A stretch of DNA of 64,000 nt from Eledone cirrhosa (Eukaryota), in the NCBI GenBank assembly GCA_964016885.1, contig OZ024762.1:10416001-10480000 (forward strand), read 5' to 3'. A program made the translations under genes and the position numbers. Shown here piece by piece: positions 21,723 through 35,100 of this stretch; the first letter of the stretch is position 1; every line of letters begins with the position of its first letter. The notes beneath the pieces are model-generated. The model saw only the letters and a program-made list of their open reading frames with translations. It was not told the DNA's origin and did not search any database.

Positions 21723-22912
21723 CAGACTTACTACCAAAGATATCTCACTTATACCATCAGACTTACTACCAAAGATATCTCACTTATACCGTCAGGCTTA
21801 CTACCAAAGATATCTCACTTATACCGTCAGACTTACTACCAAAGATATCTCACTTATACTGTCAGACTTACTACCAAAGATATCTCACTTATACCATCAG
21901 ACTTACTACCAAAGATATCTCACTTATACCATCAGACTTACTACCAAAATATCTCACTTATACCGTCAGGCTTACTACCAAAGATATCTCACTTATACCA
22001 TCAGACTTACTACCAAAGATATCTCACTTATACCGTCAGGCTTACTACCAAAGATATCTCACTTATACCATCAGACTTACTACCAAAGATATCTCACTTA
22101 TACCGTCAGGCTTACTACCAAAGATATCTCACTTATACCGTCAGACTTACTACCAAAGATATCTCACTTATACCGCCAGGCTTACTACCAAAGATATCTC
22201 ACTTATACCATCAGACTTACTACCAAAGATATTTCACTTATACCGTCAGGCTTACTACCAAAGATATCTCACTTATACCATCAGACTTACTACCAAAGAT
22301 ATCTCACTTATACCATCAGACTTACTACCAAAGACATCTCACTTATACCATCAGACTTACTACCAAAGATATCTCACTTATACCGTCAGGCTTACTACCA
22401 AAGATATCTCACTTATACCGTCAGACTTACTACCAAAGATATCTCACTTATACCGTCAGGCTTACTACCAAAGATATCTCACTTATACCATCAGACTTAC
22501 TACCAAAGATATCTCACTTATACCGTCAGGCTTACTACCAAAGATATCTCACTTATACCATCAGACTTACTACCAAAGATATCTCACTTATACCATCAGA
22601 CTTACTACCAAAGACATCTCACTTATACCATCAGACTTACTACCAAAGACATCTCACTTATACCATCAGACTTACTACCAAAGATATCTCACTTATACCA
22701 TCAGACTTACTACCAAAGATATCTCACTTATACCGTCAGGCTTACTACCAAAGACATCTCACTTATACCGTCAGACTTACTACCAAAGATATCTCACTTA
22801 TACCGTCAGGCTTACTACCAAAGATATCTCACTTATACCGTCAGGCTTACTACCAAAGATATCTCACTTATACCATCAGACTTACTACCAAAGACATCTC
22901 ACTTATACCATC
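21723..22912 (+). repeat. 35-bp minisatellite CAGACTTACTACCAAAGATATCTCACTTATACCAT (~34 units)
   Basis: Contiguous head-to-tail repeats with no spacers. Confidence 0.95.
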
Positions 22913-24104
22913 CAACATATTCACATATCTAGGACTATAATATGTCCTTCCTTTGTGAGATAGTAAGATTTTGATTGCAGGAGGTTAGGAGGCTATTTAT
23001 AGCAGGTCATGTAACAACATAGAGGCTTCCAAAGTTTCTTCTCTCCGGATTTGTTTTACATAGAGAAACAGAATGGCGGGCCTATATTTTGAAGACAGTG
23101 AAGATAAAACTCTTATAAGAACCCATTCAGCATGGTCCCCAGAAGAAACTTTCATGTTGCTTCTGGGTCCCCACAATTTTCATCAGTTCTCTAGTAGATC
23201 GGCCACTGGAGAAACACATCTAATTTCTCACCATTTCGATAAAATAAAGTACCAGTAATGCACTGGATAATTGCTGGCCTTGTGCCGAAAGTAGAAACAA
23301 TTATTAAATCGCCAAGGTTAACTTTGCCTTTCATCCTTACAGGGTTGATAAAATAAAGTACCAGTAATGCACTGGGATAATTGCTGGCCTTGTGCCAAAA
23401 GTAGAAACCATTATTAAATCATGGCAGGGTGGTGGATTGGCAGGATCGGTGGAGTATCAGACAACATGTTTTGTGGCATAGAATTACATCCCTTTACACT
23501 CTGAGTTCAAATCACACCGAGGTTAGCTTTGCCCTTCATCTTTACAGAGTCGATAAAATAAAGTACCAGTAACTTTCTGGGGTAGAGTTAATCAACTTTC
23601 CACTATCCCCCAAATTGTTGGCCTTGAGCCTAAATCAGAAACCATTATTAAATCATGACTATATTATTATTGCTGGCAGTTATATGGTGGATGAGATTGA
23701 GAGGACTGAGGACAGATACCTTTCTCTCCGGACAACAACTCATTCCCTTCTTTAGGTACCACTTTAGAAGGAGAATCAGAGAGGAGAGAGAGGCACTGCA
23801 CCCCAGAAATTTACTGAAAGGTGTGTGAATGTAGCAAAAATGGCCCAAGTGATTGGGCCTTCTTTGTATATAAACCTGTAGGTTGAAGAAGAGAGCAAAA
23901 GGAAGAAAGGAGCACTTGCACAACACGCTCCTAAAGTTGAGGGTTGTTCTATCTACGAGGTATTAAACAACCCATTTGTGGCGCCTCCCCCCTATTGGGG
24001 ATTTTGATTGTTATATTTGTTTGTTTCATATTTTTACACGATTGTATGTAAAATCCCCGGCATGTGTCCTTGTTTTGTCCCCTTTTCTTGTGCGCCCTTG
24101 TGGC

Positions 24105-24285
24105 TAATAAAGAAATATATATTATTATTGCTGGTGACCTTAATGGTCATGTTGGACAACATTGTGATGGCTATGATGGAGTCCATGAAGGTTATGGATT
24201 TGGTACTAGAAATGAGGAAGGCTTCAGGGTACTGGAATTCTGTGATGCAAATGACTTGACTATCTGTAACACAAACTTTAAAAAA
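24105..24285 (+). mobile_element. RTE LINE endonuclease fragment
   Basis: IIAGDLNGHVG...GYGFGTRNEEGFRVLEFCDANDLTICNTNF. Confidence 0.8.
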
Positions 24286-24944
24286 TGTGACACTGTAAAG
24301 TGGTCGTGTAGGAGACACGATAAAAAGGTTCCCAGTCCACATTGTAAAGGTGGTTTGTGTTAGGAAGGGCATCCAGCCATAGAAAACCTGCCAGAGACGC
24401 TGCCGTACAAGCGGGACATGGTCTCCTGACCATTCCTGCATAAAATGGAACAAAACTGTCTAACCCATGCTAGCGTGGAAGATGGACGTTCAACGATGAT
24501 GATGATGATGATGACTCTGAGACAAGTTTTTTAGAGTTTAGGATCACACCGCCCTTAACCAGAAATTGAAACCGTTATACAAGATTGTTAGCTTGTTTGA
24601 AGGCTTACATTTGTACTTTTAGTAAATAAAAAAAGTTAATTTATTTCAGAATCATTAATTACATTTCAGTAATTTCAATGTTAATTTAAAAAAAAAATGA
24701 AACAAAGAAACAAACACATTGTTACTTTGAATTATAAGCAAATAAATAACTTACCTCCACACCACCCCACACCAGATCAGACCAGGCACAGATGTATAAT
24801 ACAAAATTATATCATTAAAAATTCTTAGCTGAAAAAATTTGAATGGAAATAAAAGTAGGTTTAATAATTAAGGTATAGAAAATTAAAGGTGACATATGTC
24901 ACTGTCAATCAATAATTTCATGAATGTCCATCAGGTATTTGTAA

Positions 24945-25040
24945 CTATAAATATGAAGGTAGACCACATTCTAAGTATTACATTTCTTGTTGAACATACA
25001 GGTGAATCGTTGTGAAACCACACTGAAATAATCTTTCAAG
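24945..25040 (+). promoter_or_regulatory. Gene A TATA box and 5'UTR
   Basis: CTATAAATATGAA ~95 nt upstream of the ATG; the same 13-mer occurs upstream of gene B. Confidence 0.7.
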
Positions 25041-25080
25041 ATGTTCAAGTATATAATTCTTATCTCTCTTTTTGTTGTAG
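25041..25080 (+). CDS. Gene A exon 1 (signal peptide [14 protein letters not shown])
   Basis: ATG at 25041, 40 nt, donor G|gtaagt; same length and phase as gene B exon 1. Confidence 0.85.
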
Positions 25081-26810
25081 GTAAGTCTAAATTTCAATAA
25101 TATTCTCTTTTGTTACTGTTAAAGGTATTTTCCATTTGGTTTCCTTGTAACTGCCATCTCAGTTTGTGTACATCTCCAAGACAAGTGTGAAATACAACCT
25201 TTACTGTTGCTTTAGTTTTCCAGACACTGCTAAAATATTTAATACATATGTTTCAAATGATGGTGTCGTAGGGGCACCATAGTAGCGTTCATGCCTTGGG
25301 AAGTTCAAACCTAGCAAAGCCAATCCTCATTCAAGGTTTGCCATCATTTAACACAATTAGTTTTCACCAACTTAACAAGAAGAACTGAGTAGATAAAAAG
25401 TCAGGAGTGGATAGTTCTAGAAGGCTTCAACCAACCAGTCAAAATTCTCATCTGTATTTAAATGTAATTTGTTTTTGGCAGAATTGGTAGAACAGATATG
25501 TTTCAAATGATGGTGTCATAGGGGCACCATAGTAGTGTAGATGTCTTGGGGAGTTTAACCCTTTAATGTTCAAACTGGCGAAAATCGGCCAGAATTCTCT
25601 ACCTCTGTCTGTTGAAACTGGCTGTAACTGGTCGCTCAAACTGATATTAAGGTATTGTTCTCAAAATAAATACTTTCAAAATCTCATAGATTCGATATTA
25701 TGTGAGATAATTATGTGAGGTAAAGCCTTTACCATGAAAATATAATAGCATATATAGAGTAATGTGAATGCTAAATGGTTAAACCTAGCAGAGCCCATCC
25801 TCTCTCCAGGTTTGAACACAGCTGATTTTTTCCAGAGAAGAAAGAAGGACAAAAAGAGGAAAACAGGGCCATGCTAGATCTTTTATCAGCTCTTTTCACT
25901 GGCTAAGAGTGGTGGATTGGCAGTAATGGATAGAGCATCGATCAACAGCCTTTAAGGCATAGAGTTACGCCCCTTTACGATATGATTTCAAATCCCGCCG
26001 AGGATAGCTTTGCCTTTCATCCTTACAAGGTCGATAAAATAAAGTACCAGTAATACAGTGGGGTTGATTTAATCGACTTTCCCCTCCACCAAAACTGTTG
26101 ACCTTTTGCAAAAAAAGTAGAAATAATTATTTAGAGATCACATTGTGGTGGCTTGCTTTGTGGCATTTAGTTACTTCCCTTACGATCTGAGTTCAAATCC
26201 CTCCAAGGATAGCTTTGCCTTTCATCCTTATGGGGTGAATAAAATATATCACCAGTAATGCACTGGGGTCGATTTAATCGACTTTCCCCTCCACCAAAAT
26301 TGTTACCCTTGTGCCTAAATCAGAAACCAATATTTCAGTGTCTAAATTATTGTTTTTCAGGTATAAATGGAGGCTGTACTTACCAGAAGAGAATGGGTTG
26401 TGTGATGGACAGGCTGGCAGAGACAGAAATTACAGCTAATAAATCACAAATATGCAGGTAAAGTTTTCAGTGAATTTTTTTTGTCTTGGTTTTGGTTGTC
26501 CCCCACCCAGGAAGAATGAAAAACCGTGAATATTGGATGTGGTCCATAAAAATGCTTATAAATGTCAAATGTCTCATTCATTGATACCCTACTGAGAGAT
26601 GCCAACATTGATAACATCGATGAACTGAAAAATGCCATGCTCCACCGGGACCATTGGAGAAAGATGAATCTGCGACTTTTCTTTCTGTTCTTCATTGTCT
26701 TGTCCTTTCTTTGCTAATTTTCTTAAGTTTATATATATATACACACACACACATATATATATATACACACACACACACATATATATATATATACACACAC
26801 ATATATATAT

Positions 26811-26869
<59 letters not shown>

Positions 26870-27274
26870 AAGATAATAATAAATGGAAACTATATTTATA
26901 AAACCATATTTATTTCATTATATATATTTCAAGGGTGACCAAGCAAATCTTGGTGCGCTTTCATCAGATAAAATACAAAAATTTGTTTCATAAATAATGA
27001 CAGACCTATGAAGATCACACCTTAATGGTCCGAAGATTCGCTGCACTATCCAAATATAAAACAAATTTTGTATTTTATTTTATTTGATGAAAGCGCACCA
27101 AGATTTGCTTGGTCACCCTTGAAATATATATAATGAAATAAATATGGTTTTATAAATATAGTTTCCATTTATTATTATCTTGGAATATTTACTCCAGTAA
27201 CTTGTTGAGTGCTCTATATCAGTTATAAACATTTATGTTTGTCTAAATTTCAACAAATTAAATACAACTCCTAC

Positions 27275-27325
<51 letters not shown>

Positions 27326-28167
27326 TATGTATATATATGTGTGTGTATATATATATACATACACACATGTATATATATATGTATATATGTGTGTCTATCA
27401 TCATCATCATCATCATCATCGTTTAACGTCCGTGTTCCACGCTTGCATGGGTTTGGACGGGGGTTTTCCCACTTGAGGCAAGAGTGATTGTCTTGCTCGC
27501 ATAGGACTGTCTGGCAGGTTTTCTACAGTTGGATGCCCTTCCTAACACCAACCACATTTACAGTGTGGGTCTGGGAGGTTTTTACCGTGTTGCCTACACG
27601 GCCACATTACAGCGTGGACTGTGTGTCTTTTTGTCGTGACACCTACACGATCTCATTTGTTTCGGCCTGGATGGTGTGGCACCAACATAACTTTACATAG
27701 AAGGGGGCGGTGTGGATGGGGTGGGGGTGGTGGGACGGGGGTGTATTTTGTTAGAGATGCCTACTGACTGTAGTAGGTTTTACTTTGTATTTAGGTAAGG
27801 CAGGTCTTCTCTATTACTGAGTACCGCCAAAGGTCTCGGTCCAGTGACATTGTCTTGGTGAGGTGTAAGTGTGTGAGGTCGGAGTTTATCAGCTCGTCCC
27901 AGGTTTTTCTGGGTCTGCCTATTCCGTGGCTACCGTCTATCTTTATTGCCCTGCACTTTGTTATACAGCTATCGTCCTTCATGCGCATCACGTGACCATA
28001 CCAACGTAGCCTTCTCTCTAGTAAACAACATCTGATCCCTCTTATTTCTATATATATATATCTAAACAAACACACACATATATATGTATACATACACACA
28101 CATATATATATATCCACATGCACACATGTATATACACACACACACACACATATATATATATACACAC

Positions 28168-28245
<78 letters not shown>

Positions 28246-31200
28246 CGTTTCTGAATTTGTTTAGCAAGATTCTTTATCTGAAATCGTGTGTTGAAACCGA
28301 TATTGTTATACTTTGGGAGGGTCATGTTGCCAATAAGAAACACATGCACCAGTTGCTTTCACTTCAATTTATTATTATAATAAATTTATAAATTTATAAA
28401 TTTCTGGTTGGTTGGTTGGTTCCACAACCAGATAGTTGTTTATATATTGTCATAGTTCTTTCGTCACACACTCTGTGACCTCTTCAGATGTACTGAAGGA
28501 CAATGTAGAGACAAAAATATAGTGTACATAGGTGAGACAGCTCGTAGTGTAGGGGAACGGATAAATGAACACTGGCGAGACCTTCAAGATAGTAAAGAAT
28601 CATCTGTACTCTACCAACATGCTAAAATAGAACACAAGGGTAAATTAGAGAACATAGAAATAAAAATAGAATCTACACACAGAAAAGACGCAATGTTTAG
28701 ACAAATTACAGAGGCAATAAACATAAAAGAATTACAACCAAAATTAAATAGAAAATATGAGTGGAACAGCAACATCACAACTTACAATTAAGGACAAAAT
28801 GAAAACACACACACACATAGAACAAACAACCAACCAGTAACATGTAAATAAACAAATAAATAAATGAACATAAACACACACAGACACCCGGATGTCTATA
28901 TATATATATATCATTCTGTCTGTATATATATATATATATATATCAATCTGTCTATATATATATATCATTCTGTCTATATATATATATATATCATTCTGTC
29001 TATACATATATATATATATCATTCTGTCTGTATATATATATCATTGTCTATATATATATATATATCATTCTGTCTATATATATATATATCATTCTGTCTG
29101 TATATATATATATATATATATCAATCTGTCTATATATATATCATTCTGTCTCTATATATATATATCATTCTGTCTATATATATATCATTCTGTCTATATA
29201 TATATATCATTCTGTCTATATATATATCATTGTCTATATATATATATCATTCTGTCTATATATATATCATTCTGTCTATATATATATCATTCTGTCTATA
29301 TATATATATCATTCTGTCTATATATATATCATTCTGTCTATATATATATATCATTCTGTCTATATATATATCATTGTCTATATATATATATCATTCTGTC
29401 TATATATATATCATTGTCTATATATATATATCATTCTGTCTATATATATATCATTCTGTCTATATATATATATCATTCTGTCTATATATATATCATTGTC
29501 TATATATATATATCATTCTGTCTATATATATATATCATTCTGTCTATATATATATCATTCTGTCTATATATATATATCATTCTATCTATATATTATTACT
29601 ACAAACTATTCAATGTTAGTCAGTTAGGTATTTTTGTGCCATAAAATTGAATGGAGTTGTCTCACTTACATATTGAATGTATTAAATAATTCTCCAGTCT
29701 GTGGCATTTGAGACGTTTGGTGGAGTTGGGCCACTGACAGCGAAGTTCTTGTCGTTGCTGGTGGCTCCCCTTACTGAGGTGTCAGGTGATGGCTGTGAGG
29801 GTACTTGGCTGTCTCAGTGTCTTACCCTCGCCATCCCCTGGCCTTACTGAGGTGTCAGGTGTTGCCTATGAGGGTATCTGGCTGTTTTAACACCTTACCC
29901 TTGCCATCACCCGGCCTTACTGAGGTGTCAGGTGATGGCCGTGAGGGTACTTGGCTGTTTCAGCACCTTACCCTCGCCATCATCCATGGCAATGCTGTGA
30001 GTGTAGTGGCTTGCTTCAAATTGTTTAGTTAACCCCTGTGATATGATGTGTCACTGATGGTCACACTTGGTGGTCAATTGATGGTCATTTTTGTTTTTGC
30101 TTCCGCCTCCTTTTTTCCTTTCTTTTTTTTCTCTCTTTTATGCATTTATATTTGTGTTTATCAACTACATTATATTTGTAATGTTCTTCTGAATGAATTG
30201 TGAGCAATTTATAATCTTATTTACACATTTGTAATGTTATTTATACAACTGTGAATAAAATACTATGTTTAACCTTTTAGCATTCACATTACTCTATATA
30301 TACTATTGCATTTTCGTGGTAAACACTTTACCTCACATAATATCTCACATAATATCGAATCTATGAGATTTTGATATTATTTATTTTGAGAACAATACCA
30401 TTACATCAGTATGAGTGGCTGGTTATGGCCAGTTTGAACAGAAAGAGGTGTGAGAATTCTGGCCGGATATGGCCGGTTCAAATGCTACAGGGTTAGAAAA
30501 CAAAACAATTCTTAAAATATAAGAAGACTAGAGCTGGACACGGTATTAACTGCTGTATTTATGCATCTTCTTTATATTTCCTCTTTATTTATTCTTATAT
30601 TAAAATTACAATTATATTGAAAATCAAACTGATCATGAAAATATTAGTTTACTCCAAAGACCCTTCAGAGGAACCCGTAGTATCAGAGCTGTGATCTCTC
30701 AATTCAGAGAAGTAACGGCTCTACCTGAAGTGACTCTCTGGTCTCCAAGCTACAAATCTGTCCAGCGATTCTTTCCTTGAGACATTCTAACCGCATGGCC
30801 ATGATATCATAGCTGTGATCTCTCAATTCGGAGAAATAGCAGCTCTACCTGGAGTGACTGTCTGATCTCTGAGTTACGCACTTTATCGATTCAATTTTCA
30901 AAATTTTAATTGCCATCATCTAAACACAAATGATCGCTTAAACAATTATATCATTGCTTTTCTTTACAGCGACATGAGCCGCATTGCAGCTTGTGAAAAT
31001 AAGTTAGGATGCCAAGGTGATAGCGGCCTCTTCTCTAACATTTGTAGTAAGTACAACTTTTGCTCTATTCCTCAGTAAGGCAGCGGGGATGGGGGGCGGT
31101 GCTCACTGAAATGAAAGTGGTGTTCAAATAAAGTTAGATGTAAAATTACTATTTCACCCCTTTTAATTCTAATAATCATATATATAAAATGCTGAAAGAA

Positions 31201-31759
31201 GTAATAGACAATTATTAAGTATATAAATAAATAAATAAATAAAAGCCATTGTTAATTAATAAATAAATTAACTAATACCTTAACACTTCACACAAAGTAA
31301 AATATTTTGTTTTAAACATTTTCTAACCCAGAGAAAATAGAAAAAATAAAAGGAAAAAAATAAAAAATCTTTTTTCTGCCTAATAATCGTCTTTTTCTCC
31401 CTATTTTCATATATATATATACACATATATAGAAATAGTAACACAACAGTTAGTTCACCATACCGAGAACAGTTGTTTCACCTTAGCGGACTTTCAGAAG
31501 GTGAAACAATTGTTCTCGGTATGGTGAACTAAATGTTGTGTTACTATTTTTACCAAATATATATATATATATATGTACATATATATATATATATATATAT
31601 ATGTACATATATATATATATATATGTACATATATATATATATATATATGTACATATATATATATATATGTACACATATATATATATATATATATGTACAT
31701 ATATATATATATATGTACATATATATATATATATATGTACATATATATATATATATATA

Positions 31760-31795
<36 letters not shown>

Positions 31796-31899
31796 TATAT
31801 ATATATATATATGTACATATATATATATATATATGTACACATATATATATATATATATATGTACATATATATATATATATGTACATATATATATATATA

Positions 31900-31932
<33 letters not shown>

Positions 31933-32097
31933 GTACATATATATATATATATGTACACATATATATATATATATATATGTACATATATATATATATATAT
32001 ATGTACATATATATATATATATATATGTACATATATATATATATATATATGTACATATATATATATATATATATGTACATATATATATATATATATA

Positions 32098-32143
<46 letters not shown>

Positions 32144-32164
32144 TATATATATATATATATGTAC

Positions 32165-32195
<31 letters not shown>

Positions 32196-35100
32196 CATGC
32201 AGAAGGAAGGGGCTGGCAAAATGCTATAATGAGGTGTGTTGTCTCCTTTTCGGGTTTACCGGCTACATAGCCTATTCATATATTTTTATCTCTATTTCAA
32301 CAGCTGATAGTAACTGTAGCCCTAGGAAAGCAGCTAATTGTATGGAAAAGCTTATGGCTGCTATGGAGGTTTTAATGGGTTCTATAAATAGGTAAGTATA
32401 TATTTATAAGAATCTCACCATTTCAGAAAAGAACTGATTAAATATCAAAGTAACACATTGAGTAGGGGATATTCATCTGCTATTTCTTCCTTCTTATATT
32501 ATATTCACACAATAGCCCTTCGTCATGTGGTAATATTCTGTCCACCAGGGCCACAGGCTGGCCAGCGCGTGAGCCCTCATTTGTTAATAATAGTCTTGCT
32601 CTGGGTCTACCCCTTTGGTCTCCTGTTGGTTGATTTTACCCATGAAATCTGTCCAGTGATTCTTTCCTGAGACATTCTAACCACATGTCTGTTGTATTGG
32701 AGTTGTGATCTCTCAATTCAGAGATTCTTTCCTGAGACATTCTAACCACATGTCCATAGTATCAGAGCTGTGATCTCTCGATTCAAAGATTCTCTACTAA
32801 GACATTCCAACCACATGCCCATAGTATTGGAGCTGTGATCTCTGAACCCAGAGGTTCTTTCCTGAGACATTCTAACCACATGCCCATAGTATTGGAGCTG
32901 TGATCTCTGAACCCAGAGGTTCTTTCCTGAGACATTCTAACCACATGCCCATAGTATTGGAGCTGTGATCTCTGAACCCAGAGGTTCTTTCCTGAGACAT
33001 TCTAACCACATGCCCATAGTATTGGAGCTGTGATCTCTCAACCCAGAGGTTCTTTCCTGAGACGTTATAACCACATGCCCATAGTATTGGAGCTGTGATC
33101 TCTGAACCCAGAGATTCTTTCCTGAGACATTCTAAACACATGCCCATAGTATCAGAGCTGTGATCTCTCAATTCAGAGATTCTTTCCTGAGATATTCTAA
33201 CCACATGTCTGTAGTATCAGAGCTGTGATCTCTCAAATCAAAGATTCTTTCCTGAGATATTCTAACCACATGTTCATAGTATCAGAGCTGTGATCTCTTG
33301 ATTCAAAGATTCTTTCCTAAGACATTCTAATCACATTACTATATTATCATTGTTGTAATCTCTCAATTCAGAGATTCTTTCCTGAGATATTCTAAGCACA
33401 TTCCCATAGTGTTGGAGCTGTGATCTCTGAACACAGAGATACTTTCCTGGGACATTATAAGCACATGCCCCCCATAGTATCAGAGCTGTGATCTCTCAAC
33501 CCAGAGGTTCTTTCCTGAGACATTATAACCACATGCCCATAGTATTGGAGCTGTGATCTCTCAACCCAGAGGTTCTTTCCTGGGACATTATAACCACATG
33601 CCCATAGTATTGGAGCTGTGATCTCTCAACCCAGAGATTCTTTCCTGAGACATTATAACCAGATGCCAATATTACTGGAGCTGTGATGGCCCTAGCTGGA
33701 ACAATTCCTTGACCTCAGCTACACACTCTGTTGAGTAACATTACTTCAAGACCCTTCTTCTTTGCCCACTTATTCCTTGGAGGGCCGTGGGAGGACAGAG
33801 TCCTAAAGCACTCCTTCCAGCGGGTCCAGTCAGAAGCCACTATTTCCAACTGATCCCCAAGCATGACCAACCAAGCTCATGGATGTTATCCAACCATCTT
33901 GCTCAGGGTGGGTCTACTCCTGGGTCTCCTGTCGGTTGCTTTTGCCACAATTTAAGAAAAAATTTAAAATATATATTTCTGATCTTTTACAGTCAAATAG
34001 ACGCCGCGGTAGGCTGCTTCACACCTACCAAATGTCTTGATGTGGAAGATATGCCAACATCAGATAAAAATATCTGTAGTAAGTCTTCTTCTTTATATTA
34101 ATCAATGTTGGGTGTCGGACAACATGCTTTGTGGCATATAGTTAGGACCCTTTACGTTCTGAGTTCAAATCCCGCTGAGGGTAGCTTTGCCATTCATCTT
34201 TATGGGTTTGATAAAATAAAGTACCAGTAATGCACTGGGGTTGATTTAATTGACTTTGCCTTCCCCTTCCATTGCTGGCCTTGTGCCTAAAGTACAAACC
34301 ATTATTGTTATTATTATTGCTCAAAATTTGTCAACATTACAACACTAACTCGGTGGAATGGCAGTATCGGTAGAGAGTCAGACGCCATGCTTTGCAGCAC
34401 AGAGTTACGGCCCTTTATGATCCGAGTTCAAATCCCGCCGAGGTTAACTTTGCCTTTCATCCTTACGGGGTCGATAAAATAAAGTACCAGTAATACACTG
34501 GGGTAATTGCTGGCCTTAAGCCAAAAGTGGAGACAATAATAACACTAACTCACGATATATATTTTAATGTTAACCTTAGGAATAGGCCATGACATAAACA
34601 TATTTGAAACAGCCTGTAATACCAGGGGCAATGGAAACATTTCTAGATTAAGGGCTGAGGGGGGGGGGGGGGGGGGGGGGCAAATTTGGTAAATTTAGTT
34701 GTAGTGATTCGTTTAGCTCTTTTCACTCTAAAATGGTGAGAAAATGCAATTTGAGTCCAAGCAGTTTTCAATAATTTTAAAATGACTAGCAGAAAACCAC
34801 CCCTAAATATAATATAATTATTAGTGTGGTTCCACTTGCCCTAAATATAATATAATTATTAAGAGGCTCCACTGGCCCTAAATATAATATAATTATTGGG
34901 AAGTTCCACCACCCCTAAATATAATATAATTATTGGGAAGTTCCACCACCCCTAAATATTATATAATTATTGGGAGTTCCACCACCCCTAAATATAATAT
35001 AATTATTGGGAGTTCCACCACCCCTAAATATAATATAATTATTGGGAAGTTCCACCACCCCTAAATATTATATAATTATTGGGAGTTCAACCACCCCTAA

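Noticed and set aside
21714-22940. 404/408-aa ORFs or a CRISPR-like array
   Set aside because: Head-to-tail 35-bp units with no unique spacers and no cas genes in eukaryotic DNA; the ORFs are a by-product of a stop-free repeat.
31483-32300. Long YI/IY-rich ORFs (also 13800-14300, 28864-29644, 36422-36772, 46991-48152)
   Set aside because: Microsatellite translations; only the embedded true exons (e.g. 32304-32391, 13757-13839) are retained.
34659-34680. 22-nt G homopolymer as a functional G-quadruplex
   Set aside because: Isolated intronic homopolymer with unreliable length; no supporting context.
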